Below, piece after piece: positions 11,730 through 23,400 of a DNA stretch of 64,000 bases. How positions within the stretch are numbered: position 1 is the stretch's first letter; every line of letters begins with the position of its first letter. Source of the DNA: Chiloscyllium plagiosum (taxonomy: Eukaryota); the NCBI RefSeq assembly GCF_004010195.1, contig NC_057719.1, forward strand, positions 43,165,789 through 43,229,788, read 5' to 3'. The notes below the pieces were generated by a model, which had not been told where the DNA came from, ran no database searches, and saw only the letters and a list, made by a program, of their open reading frames with translations. The translations under genes were made by a program, and so were the position numbers.

Positions 11730-13400
11730 GACTTTCAAGTCTGCCAGCCATTGATATCATTCTCTGGGATAAATTTCACCAGACGTTGGATAAGTGTCAA
11801 TCTTGGAGTTTCCGGGAGGGTTTCTCTCCATGAGCGTCTGTGTTCTCTCACACATTTCTCCTTTGGTTCTGTATTCACCACATCTCTGTGGCACTACTAT
11901 CTTGTTTGAGGGGATGGTGGAAAGGAGGGGCATCTTCCTACCCTACAGCCACTAGAGGAGACCATAGCACGTGGCCTTGCCAGCCTGGTCTGAGGTTGCC
12001 TCACATGTCAGTCAGTGTCCACAGTCCAGAGGAACACCCAACGGTGCAGGAAAAAAAGGTTAATGATTGACTGTGCTGCACGAAGATAAGTGACACCACT
12101 TCTCACTGATTTCTCATATTCTAACCCCACTACTGCACTTACCTCCCACCAAGGCTTATGCTCTGCCATTCTCAATATTTCCTGCAACATTTTCACAGAG
12201 TAGATTTCATCTATCCTGGCACATCAAACTATTAACCCTGCATATTGTCTGCACTACCTATGCACTCATTCAGGAAACCGCACCAACTTGCCTCCACCTG
12301 GACCAGAACCAACAGCTGTGCTAGCCACTTTCATCTTCCTTTTTCTTATTCCAGAAAACAAAGGATTCATAACAGAGCAGAGAGAGGCAAACCAGGTAAT
12401 ACCAAACATTTGTCTCCTAATCACCCACAAGGAGAAAATCCTTCCCCGAGTAGGAGAGAACATGACCAGTCGTGACATCGCTGAGACCTCCACTACCTGG
12501 CAATTAAGTAAAAGATTCATTGTCAAGCACTGCACTTCTCTCCCATTATCAACACTGTGAATGTATTCTCAACATTCCCAAGTAGCCACAGATCCCTATG
12601 GGGAACTACAGGCAAGGCTGCCCCTGCACCCTCCACCAGCTCACATACTGACATCTTCATTTGTATGTTAGTTGGGTGAGCACATCACTGGCACGTGGCA
12701 CATTAGGAAGAAACATTCCAGGTCATTAGCATTCGGAAGACTACTGAAGACCAGGCACTTGCTCAGCTCCAGGAATGAAAGGACCCCATGGAAATGCACA
12801 GACACAGGAACCAGCAGGTAGGTTTGTCAGAGGCAGTAGGAAGTTCGAGGAGTCCACCAACACGATCAGTACGGTGCTGCCTTGGTATGAGAGCATCTGG
12901 CAATCTCCCAAGGACAAGCTGGCAGCTGCCATGGAACACAGACCAGCACTCCATCACTCCACTCCTTGGGGATCAATGCAAACAACAGAGAGGAAGGGGC
13001 CTTGACCTCACTCCAGGTGCTGCTTCCTTACAAGAAGGTAGGAGCCGGAAGAGGAATCATATACAGGTCCACCAGAAGTCTAGTTTCAGGACACTCCAGA
13101 GGTGCCCTGCTTCTCCATCTTCATACTGCCAGCAATCCCCAACTCTGTGAGAGTTCAAGCCAATGAGGGTGAACTTGCATCTGGGTAGGACATTCTCTAC
13201 ATATCTGGACAGTCTAGCCACAAACACTCTAGGAGCACCCTCCCAAAATCCAAGTCAACTGGCTCCACTCTAGGGTAAGCTTCCTCCATCTCAAATCTGG
13301 GCTCAGGATACACCGAGACATGGTGGGAGGAAAAGAAAACCAAAACCTGCTTGGGGCAGGTGAGATAGATGAAACTTCATTCAAATAGATTTGTAAAAAA
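11730..13400 (+). mobile_element. Degenerate PIF/Harbinger element, Myb/SANT-like accessory gene remnant
   Basis: Frameshifted LPAWSEVASHVS/VSTVQRNTQRCRKK/VND (11977-12066), then acceptor ttattccag and RIHNRAERGKPG (12355 onward). Boundaries approximate. Confidence 0.65.
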
Positions 13401-14893
13401 TATTTTAATTTTTAATTATTAACTGTATGTCAGTTTGACTGCAGCTACAAGCATGAAGGTAGAGAGACTAGCCATCTTTAGCATCGTACGATGTTCTAAG
13501 CCTGTCTGTCTGAGTGATAGCTATCCTTTCCATAGTGCCCATACAAGCATGGAACTTTGCAATGACTGATCTAGGAAGCATCATTTGTTGTTAAGGCCTC
13601 CATCATTTTGGAACCTTAACTTCTTTTAACCAATAGGAAAAGTATAAATAGAATAAAAACAGCAAGGTGTACTTGCAGTTGGAATTACACAAAGGATGCT
13701 GGCCTCAACAAAATATTTGCCAGCAGGGAAAGATGACTTCACTCAACTCAGTTGCATTAAAAAGAAGGTTCACAATTAAGTCCTTCGTGCTTTGCTTTAG
13801 CCAACGTTACTGGGCTAAGGTGCTGTTCCTTCTGAGTAACATCTCCATTGTCTGTCGGATCTCCACTGACCATTTAAGAAAAGATCTAGCCTAGTGGCAA
13901 CCATGTAACCACTGCCAATTGTAAAAAAGAGATCTGGCTCGAGAAAAGAAATCTGCCCTCCTTACCTGGCAATTCTAGAACCATGTTGTAGACTTTTAAC
14001 TGCCTTCTGTGCATTTAGGGATAGCAAATGGTGCTGGTCTAGCCAGCGATGTTCATGCCCCATATTGATTGTTTTTCTCAAAACCATGTAGCCTTAATGT
14101 GTGCAAATTGTCTGAAGCAGAGACTCTCAGGATCAAATGGTATCTTCTGTCTAAATGATACTGCAACAAACACCCAGACGAGACCTGCATGGGAACCTCG
14201 TGTGGAAGAGACATCTGGTGACCTTTGTTGGCTTTAGTGCTAAAATGATGTTGCATTGCAGAGAAATTGGACATCATTTCACAGTTTTCTGACTGCCAAT
14301 CTAACAGGGTATGGTGTCACAGTTTCCCCCTCATTTACACAGCATTCCTTGGAAGATAAGTGTTTATGGCTCTCCTTTGGTACATTATGTGGGCACCCAA
14401 GGCTGGGAACTCTGCATGAGAAGCAGCTCCATATTTGTTGGAGGTTTATGCTGGTCCTGGTTTTCCAGGCTCCTGTGTTTCTCATCCATCTATGTGGATG
14501 TTCATAATGCATTAGCCACTGAGATGACCCCAGCTTTTATGCCTGGATCCATTAGGGACAGTTCCTCGGAATCTAAATGGGCAATATCAGAAACAAAGCA
14601 GCTCCTCGGCAGTATAGTTATTCACAGTAAGTACACATAAATAATATTTGAAAGTATCCTCCAAATTATTTGGACATGGAGGTTTCTGATAAGAAGGGCA
14701 CTCAGATGTCACTGCATAAATCTAAGTCAGTTCTATATTGCTGAAGCCTTTGGCACATATACACTCAGTGATTGTAAATGTGGTAGCAATAGTAAGAATC
14801 TCTCCCCCACCCCCAATCCACACATTACCCAAGAAAACATCGCATATAGGAGAATAGGGTGGACATTATATAGACCAAAATGTGAAGTGGGCA

Positions 14894-16578
14894 GCTCCTG
14901 CAACATCCTGGTAAATCTCCTCTGCACCTTTTCCAATGCTTCCACATCCTTCCCGAAATATGGCGACCAGAACTGTACACAATATTCCAAGTGCGGTCGC
15001 ACTAGCGTTTTGTATAGTTGCAGCATGATATTGTGGCTCCGGAGCTCAATCCCTCTATGAATGAAACCTAACAGCATTATCAACCTGGGTGGCAACTTTC
15101 AGGGATCTATGTACACAGACTCCAAGGTCCCTCTGCACATCTGCACCACCAAGAAACTTTCCATTGACCCAGTATTCTGCCTTCCAGTTATTCTTCCCAA
15201 AGTGAATCACCTCACATTTAGCTGCATCGAACTCCATTTGCCACAGCTCAACCCAATTCTGCAGTTTATCCAAGTCCCCCTGCAACCTGTAACATTCTTC
15301 CACACTGTCCACTACTTCACTAACTTTAGAGTCGTCTGCAAATTTACTAATCCATCCACCTATGCCTGCGTCTAAGTCATTTATAAAAATGACAAACAGT
15401 AGTTGTCCCAAAACAGATCCTTGTGGCACACCACTAGTAACCGGACTCCAGGCTGAATATTTTCCATCAACTACCACACGGTGCCTTCTTTCAGAAAGCC
15501 AGTTTCTAATCCAAACTGCTAAATCACCCTCAATTCCATGCCTCTGCATTTTCTCCAACAGCCTACCATGTGGAACCTTGTCAAAGGCTTTGCTGAAGTC
15601 CATGTATACCACATTAACTGCCCTACCTTCATCCGCATGCTTGGTCACCTTCTCAAAAGACTCAAGGAGGTTTGTGAGACACGACCTGCCATGTTGACTA
15701 TCTGAAATCAAATTGTTGCTTGCTAGATGATTATAAACCTTATCTCTTATAATCCCTTCCAAAACCTTTCCTGCAACAGAAGTAAGGCTCACTGGTCTAT
15801 AATTACCTGGGTCATCTCTACTGCCCTTCTTGAATAACGGCACAACATTTGCAATCCTCCAGTCCTCTGGTACTAAACCTATAGACAATAACGACTTAAA
15901 TATCAAAGCCAAAGGCTCTGCTATCCCCTCCTTAGCTTCCCAGAGAATCTTCGGATAAATCCCATCTGGCCCAGGGGACTTGTCGAATTTTATTCCTTCT
16001 AGAATTAGTGGGCGGCACGGTGGCACAGTGTTTAGCACTGCTGCCTCACAGCGCCGGAGACCCGGGTTCAATTCCCGCCTCAGGCGACTGACTGTGTGGA
16101 GTTTGTACGTTCTCTCCGTGTCTGCGTGGGTTTCCTCCGGGTGCTCCGGTTTCCTCCCACAGTCCAAAGATGTGCAGGTCAGGTGAATTGGCCATGCTAA
16201 ATTGCCTGTAGTGTTAGGTAAGGGGTAAATGTAAGGGTATGGGTGGGTTGCGCTTCGGCGGGTCGGTGTGGACTTGTTGGGCCGAAGGGCCTGTTTCCAC
16301 ACTAAGTAATCTAATCTAATCTAATTGATAACACCTGCTTGTAATTAACCATGATCCTTTCTAGTCTAATATCTCACACCTCATTCTTCTCCTCTAGAAT
16401 ATTCTCCTTTTCTTGAATGAAAACCGATGAGAAATGTTCATTTAGCACCTCTCCGAGCCCCACAGGGTCCACACTCAACTTCCAACTTCTGTGTTTGACT
16501 GGCCTTATTCCTACCCTAGTCATTCTTTTATTCTTCACATACGTATCGAAAGCTTTAGGGTTCTCCTTTATTCTATTT
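14894..16578 (-). mobile_element. CR1 LINE ORF2 fragment (reverse transcriptase)
   Basis: KSPGPDGIYP...NYRPVSLTS...YMDFSKAFDKVPH...[10 protein letters not shown]...KFADDSK in the ORF 15055-16302. Confidence 0.95.
16009..16324 (+). mobile_element. Young HE1 V-SINE nested in CR1
   Basis: gggcggcacggtggcacagtg head with A/B boxes (gggttcaattccc), retained CpGs, (taatc)n tail. Confidence 0.95.
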
Positions 16579-17199
16579 GCTGAAAACAAAATCAACAAAC
16601 AAGGCAAATGCATGAGGTTCACTTACAGAACTATGTGATAACAGATTACTTTAATCCTGTTTGTTTAACACTATTGGCTCTTGAAGGGCCTCACACAAAA
16701 GTATAACCTACTCCTTCATAGAAATAAGAAAAAACACTGACTCCCCCAATCCTGGTGTGTCAGCAGCTATTTTTCATTTTGATTTGGATGGAAAGTAACA
16801 CAGATAGTACTTTACAGAGTGAGTTTCAGGCTCAGACTAGCTGCCCCCCCCCCCCCTCCCCAGCCCTCCCATCGCCCATATTGTATAGTGGCATATAACA
16901 ACATGTTCACCGCCACCTCTCCGTACTCCCATGAGAAATCGCTGCTGGCAATATATGGCAGGCAGTTTGACTTTGCATCTGCCCTAAAAGTCAGCCTCAA
17001 TCTGACTTGAGGCAAGTCAGAAATACTGAGAGTCTGTATGTTCTGACAGAGGCAACAAGTGCAAATAGACAAGATGAGGTGAGGCAATGCAATGCAGAGG
17101 TGCTATGAACATCTGAGTAAGCGCAAAGTAATTAAATGCTAAGCGAGCAACTTGGAGCCCTGAGATATACCCTGCTCCAAATTGTTTGCTGTTCCTGCA

Positions 17200-17526
17200 T
17201 GCACGGGACTCAGTGGTTAGTACTGCTGCCTCACAGCACCAGGGACCCGGGTTTGATTCCTGCCTCGGGCGACTGCGCGGAGTTTGCACATTCTCCATGT
17301 GTCTGCATGGGATTCCTCCAGGTGCTCCAGTTTCTTCCCAAAATCCAAAAATATGCAGGTCAGGTGAATTGGCCATAATAAATTGCCCACAGTGTTAAAT
17401 GCATTAGACAGGGTATGGGTCTGTAGGGGAATGGGTCTGGATGGATTACTCTTCAGAGGGTCGGTGTAGACTTGTTGGGCCAAAAGGGCCTGTTTCCATA
17501 CTGTAGAGAATCTAATCTAATCTAAT
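17200..17526 (+). mobile_element. HE1 V-SINE
   Basis: Similar to 16009-16324. Confidence 0.9.
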
Positions 17527-17862
17527 CAAACTAGCATGGTAATGGTATTACAACACAAGGTGTCAGAGCATTCCAAAGTGCAGAACAGAAGTGGATAACC
17601 AAATTCTAAGTGGGTAGGAAATGTGCCAGGATGTGGTGAGGCTATTACATGTCTGGTGACAACTGCCATGGACAAAGGATGCAGGCAGTCATGGTCCACG
17701 GAGTGTACTCTGAAATGTAAGGAACTGCTGGCCAAGATGGAGGCCTAAAAGGAGTAAGGCAAGCTGGATCCACCAGGTACCTGCTCTGACATTTATGTTG
17801 GGTATTGTCACCATTTAGTTTTACTCTGCTCTGTGAGAAAATAGCATACTATGTAGAAATAT

Positions 17863-17981
17863 TAGATTAGATTAGATTAGATTACTTTACAGTGTGGAAA
17901 CAGGCCCTTCGGTCCAACAAGTCCACACCGACCCCTGGCGCTGCGAGGCAGCAGTGCTAACCACTGTGCCACCGTGCCGCC
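17863..17981 (-). mobile_element. Internally deleted HE1 SINE (head fused to tail)
   Basis: (attag)n tail and tRNA-like head present, V-domain missing. Confidence 0.85.
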
Positions 17982-18034
17982 CACAATTACCTATTACCTA
18001 TTCTGCCACATTTATATGTTAAAGGCATGCAAAT

Positions 18035-19335
18035 TACATATTGACTATATTTCCACCTTCAACATTATAATCCCAACCAAACTAATCTCCAAACTGCAAG
18101 ACATAGATCTCTACTCTGCTCTCTGCAACTGGATCCTCGACTTCCTGACCCACAGATTGCAATCAGTGGCGATAGACAAAGCACCTCCTCCGTGACAATC
18201 CTCAATACCCACATACCACAAGGATGCATACTCAGCCCCATACTGTACTCCCTGTACACTCACGACTATGTAGTCAAATTTCATCCAAACTCATCTAGAA
18301 GTTCGTTGATGACACCACTGTTGTAGGCTGGATATCAAATGATGATGAAACAGAATACAGGAAAGAGATAGAGTGCTTGGTGGCATGGTGTAAAGATAGC
18401 AATCTCTCCCTCAAAGTCAGCAAAACTAAAGAGCTGATCATTGACTTCAGGAAGCAAGGAGTAGGGCACGCCCCTATCTACATCAATGGAGCGGAGGTGG
18501 AGATGGTTAAGCATTAAGTTCCTAGGAGTGACAAACACCAACATTCTGTCCTGGACCACCCTCCTTGATCCAGGGTCAAGAAGGCATACAAACTGAAAGA
18601 ACTGTGGATGCTGTAAATCAGAAACACAAACAGAAATTGCTGGAAAAGCTCAGCCTCTGTGGAGAGAAATCAGTTACATTTTCGGGCAAAGAAATGTCAC
18701 CGGACCTAAAACATTAACTCTGATTTCTCTCCACAGATGTTGCCAGACCTGCTGTGCTTTTCCAGCAATGTTTGTTTTTAGTCACGCCTCTTCTTCTTCA
18801 GGAGGCTAAGGAAATTCAGCACATCCGTAAGGACTCTCATCAACTTTTATAGATACTAAGTATAGAAAGCATTCTATGTAGATGCATCACGGCTTGGTAC
18901 TTAACTGCTCTGTCCAAACTAAGAAACTACAGATTGTGAACACAGCCCAGTCCATCACACAAGCCAACCTTCCATCCGTCGACTCAATCTACACTTCCCG
19001 ATGCCTTGGAATGGCAGCCAGCACTAAAGACCTCTCCCATCCCACTTATAATCTCTTCTAACCTCTTCCATCAGGCAGAAGATACAAAAAGCTTAAACAA
19101 AGGTACCAACAAGGTCAAAGACAGCTTCCTTCCCACTGTCATTACACATCTGAAATGAACCTCTCAAATTTCAAATCTAATGTTGATCCTGCTTTTTGTG
19201 CACTTTTTTTGAAGCTGTAACTTTGTATTCCTCACTCTGTTCAATAGCCAGATGATTTATGTATGTTATGATCTGCCTGTATTGCACGCAAAACGAAGCT
19301 TTTCACTGTATGAAGGTACATATAACAATAAGAAA
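18035..19335 (+). mobile_element. Rex1/Babar-like LINE RT and 3' end, with PLE-derived fold-back insertion (about 18590-18780)
   Basis: IDYISTFNIIIPTKLISKL..LCNWILDFLT.R.Q.V; SPILYSLYTHD; KFVDDTT; KTKELIIDFRK. Confidence 0.8.
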
Positions 19336-20884
19336 TAAAGACAAGTCAAAGCAAATAGGCTTCTCACCACTTACTGCTGAGGTTGGCATCTTGTCATTTA
19401 AAACTTAGGTGTAAAATTTGACTTTTGTTCCTCATCACTGAGAATCTCATTTTCCTAATCTCGCCATATTTTCCTAATAGACTCACAATTGCCCACATTG
19501 TTCAAAGACTTGAAGAATTCTGCACTGTCTCTCTCTCTCTCACTCACTGTGTGAAAGAAATAACATTCAATGACTTTAGAAAAAGAAACAGTTAACACGT
19601 ACCATATCTATATTCTATCAATCAGCTAGTGAATTCAGGGATGTCATAGTCCACAATTTGATATCATCACTAAAAGCAACTGTGAACAAAGTCATCCCAT
19701 TCCACCCCTTTTGGACTGAACTCTGCTGCACAGACTTTGTACCCTTTTGCCTATAATTTTTCATCCACGATATTTCTGGAAATAATTGCTTGCCTTGTCC
19801 ATCTTGTATGTGCATTTGGATTTAAATGGGATACGGTTTAAATTTGGTCATTAGTAATTGATAATCTGTTTTGCCCCATGTTAGAGGATAAGTTTGTTAT
19901 AATAACTATAGTTTTGTTTATCAGTTCATTGACAAAACTGGTGAGAGATTCTTTTATATTCAAAAGTGGTCAAAATCAGGGCTCTGAGAGATTAAATTGG
20001 TCACAATTCACACTTGTGATGACTTTTGGATTTACAGGGCTTGATTTCCAAACAGGGTCATGACAACTCTCAGAGTTGTGTGATATTGGAAGTCTCTGCC
20101 TCACAAGGTGATGAAAGTTGAAATATTGAATATTTTTTAAGGCAGTTTATTAGGCAACAGAATCAAAGGTTATCGGGGTTGATGGCAACATGGATTGGAA
20201 ACACAAACAGATGTGCCATGTCCTTATTTATTGGCGGAGCAGTCTCAAAGGGTCGAATAGTCTGCTTATGCTCCTAGTTCACATGTCTAATGTCATGGTA
20301 GATGAACTATTTATTCCAAATAATGTTAAATCTACAGATATCATATACTGACTATATTGTGTTAGTGTGTAGTTGGCTATGCTTAGGATAGGTGCAATGA
20401 CATGCACAAAATAAAAGTTAAATTGATGTTGCTGAAAGATTTTCATATTTAAAAATGCATCTCTATTGGAAGATTATTTCACAATGTTTCATGTAAAATT
20501 TATATCTCATCAGAAATTTTATTTGCTCAAAATATGTTGCAGTATTATAAAAGACAATTAGAATTAATACATGCACAAATGTGCATTCATTGACATACTT
20601 ATAATTAAAAAGAAACAATTGTGGTTGGACATATTAGGGCACACTTTTCAGGGCAGTTAGGTCTTGAATCAGAATCTTCTGACCCAGATATATGGAAACT
20701 ACCACTGTGCCATAAGAGCCCTTGCTATGCTTATTTGCTTAGCTTTGTTATACCCAATTATTATTCTGCCATATTTAAATATTCAATTAACAAATATATC
20801 CAAGTTTGTTCAGTATCAACCCATGCTGACGGATGTCTTTATATCAATGTTGGACTTTATACTTAGATTCTACATTACAAGTGA

Positions 20885-22050
20885 CTAGAGTCATAGAGAT
20901 GTACAGCATGGAAATGGACCCTTCGTCCAACTTGTCCATGTCTACCAGATATCCTTACCTAATCTCGTCCCATTTACCAGCACTTGGCCCATATCCCTCT
21001 AAATCCTTCCTATTCACATAGCCATCCAGATGCCTTTTAAATGCTGTAATTGTACCAGCTTCCAACATTCCATACATGCACCACCCTCTGCATGCCACTT
21101 AGGTCCCCTCTCACCCTGAACCTATGCCCTCTAGTTCTGGACTCCCCCATGTCAGGGAAAAGGCCTATCCATGTCCCTCCTGGTTTTATAAATAAGGTCA
21201 CCTCTCAGCCTCAGACACTCCAGGTAGAACAGCCACAGCCAATTCAGCCTCTCCCTATAGCTCAAATCCACCAACCCAGGCAACATCCTTGTAAATCTTT
21301 TATGAACCCTTTGGAGATTCACAACATCCTTCCAATAGGAAGGAGATAAGAATTGCATGCAATATTCCAAAAGTGGCCTAACTAATGTCCTGTACAGCCG
21401 CAATATGATCTCCCAACACCTATACTTGATGTTCTGATCAATAAAGGAAAGCATACCAAATATCTTCTTCAATATCCTATACTTTCAAGGAACTATGAAC
21501 CTGCAGTCCACGGTCTTTTTGTTCAGCAACACTCCCCAGGACCTTGCCATTGAGGTGTATAAGTCTTGCTCTGATTTGCTTTCCCTAAATGCAGCACCTC
21601 ACATTTATCTAAATTAAACTTCATCTGCCACTCCTCAGCCCATTGACCCATCTGATCAAGATCCCATTGTAATCTGAGGTAACCTTCTTCACTGTCCACT
21701 ACACCTCTAATTTTGGTGTAATCTGCAAACTTACCACCTGATGAAGGAGTGGCACTCCAAAAGCTAGTGCTTCCAAGTAAACTGTTCGACTATAACTTTT
21801 TTTAACTTTGTTACCCCAGTTCAACACCAGCACCTCCAAGTTATAACTATACCTCCTATGTTCACATCCAAATCATTTGCATAAATGAAGAAAAGTAGTG
21901 GACCCAGCACCAATCCTTGCAGCACACCACTGGTCACAGGTCTCCTGTCTGAAAAGCAACCCTCCACTATCACCTTCAAGCCAGTTCTATGTCCAAATTG
22001 CTAGTTCTCCCTGTATTCCATGAGATCTAACCTTGCGAACCAGTCTCCCT
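20885..22050 (-). mobile_element. CR1 LINE 3' part with nested PLE terminal fragment (about 21733-21842)
   Basis: ORF 21152-21472 LYRTLVRPLLEYCMQF. The insert has a decayed hammerhead, cacctgatgaaggagtggcactccaaaagctagtg. Confidence 0.9.
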
Positions 22051-22171
22051 TGAGGCTCGACAGAGGATGATCAACTGCCAACCAAACAATTATTTTTAAT
22101 CCAGATGTACTACTGGAACACAGAGGTCACAAACCTATTTATTCACATTAGTAACATGTATCTTTTCTCAC

Positions 22172-22307
22172 CAATTTTCTCATCTTTTCTCTTGAAGCAT
22201 TGATTCTCACAAGATTACGGTTTCAAATAATGGCTTTTATTGCCATTACTGCACAAGTTTGAACATTTGTGGCTGGCTGTGTTATCATGGGGATCTTAGA
22301 GTTGAGC
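22172..22307 (-). other. Predicted internal exon of the minus-strand transcript
   Basis: (GT/GC)n-cag acceptor and TTG|GTGAGA donor. Stops in all frames; ends with ATG AGA AAA TTG. Confidence 0.4.
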
Positions 22308-22494
22308 CTGACACGCACACGCACACGCACGCACGCACACACACCCCTTCCAGCAAACAAAAATAGTAAAATAAACTTAATCAGAAGCAAGAAATCTGAG
22401 CAGTTTTTCTCTCTGTAATCCAGATTACTCAGGTCAATTCTAACATTCTGACCACTACACCGATATTCCAGTAGAGACTTCCATTTGGACTTAC

Positions 22495-22564
22495 GTTTCT
22501 GTGGATCAGTTTGTTGCATTCGAAATTCACTGAGCCATCAGTAAAGACTGGAAGCATCATTACC
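22495..22564 (-). other. Predicted small exon
   Basis: Consensus donor AAC|GTAAGT; weak acceptor ttttacaag. Confidence 0.3.
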
Positions 22565-22803
22565 CTTGTAAAATTGTTACAAACTATAAACTTATCACAA
22601 ATCCTTCAACATAAAAGTCAAATTCATTTGTGTTGCTTTGAATGAGATTCAAATAACATTTAGCCTTTTCAAAAATCAAATGATTTCCTATTCCAAAGAA
22701 TAACAATCACTCTCCTATCAAATAATTAAGCTAATTCATCAATAGTTGTCCACTTGTTGACAAAATTCTTAAACCAATAGAAAAAAAAAGCACACAGCCG
22801 TAC

Positions 22804-22848
22804 CTCACTGGATAGTATGAGAATCTTGAGCATAAATGATCCACAATG
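22804..22848 (-). other. Predicted small exon
   Basis: Acceptor cttatccttttgttag; donor GAG|GTACGG. Confidence 0.3.
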
Positions 22849-23074
22849 CTAACAAAAGGATAAGTATGACCATTTGAATAGCCCAGCGGCTCTATTTTTT
22901 AAAAAAGTAATGTGCATGACTTTGAATGCCACATTTTAAAGGCTTAATTCTCTTTAGCTAAAAAAAGTCAAAATTAGACACCATATAAAGGCTTCCTGCT
23001 GTGAATAACGCTAAAATACTTTTATTTTAACATTTTGTTGGTACAATTCAGTCACCTCAGATGAAATATTGTTA

Positions 23075-23400
23075 AGTGTGACTCAGTGACGCAGTGGCAA
23101 GCAGTAGGCGTTTGGCAGTATGACTCCCACGGATTACACATTTAGGGCAGGAACACAAGCCAGCCTCTCACTGGCTGTAGCTTGACAAAGAAGCAAGCCA
23201 ATGACAGGAAATAACTGATGGCTTTAGCCACGTAAGAAGCTGCATTTGAGTGGGTTGCACTTTAGCTCGGGACAAGCCAATCACCAGCCATTCTTCTCAT
23301 TAGGACTGTTTTACCATTAAAGGAGAGTTACAAGCTGAAAGACATTGCTGTCTATATCAGTAAGTGAAACAGCTGCCTATTATGACTCATCTACACGTAC
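23075..23400. promoter_or_regulatory. Candidate enhancer / alternative promoter
   Basis: TGACTCA (23079, 23383), TGACGCA (23087), CCAAT (23198, 23277), two CACGTA. Non-repetitive with raised GC. Confidence 0.45.

Noticed and set aside
14050..14640. Harbinger transposase remnant
   Set aside because: The position is plausible, but no DDE motif could be read with confidence.
16009..16085. tRNA gene
   Set aside because: tRNA-derived head of the HE1 SINE, continuous with its V-domain and LINE tail.
15055..16302. 415-aa ORF as a host gene
   Set aside because: Chimera of antisense HE1 SINE read in frame into a truncated CR1 RT; no endonuclease domain or authentic start.
19622..19670. C/D-box snoRNA-like GTGATGA...CTGA on the minus strand
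   Set aside because: Only 49 nt between the boxes, no convincing terminal stem and no recognisable rRNA guide.
22223..22225. In-frame TGA in exon 22172-22307 as selenocysteine
   Set aside because: No recognisable selenoprotein context, and no SECIS identified in the terminal exon.
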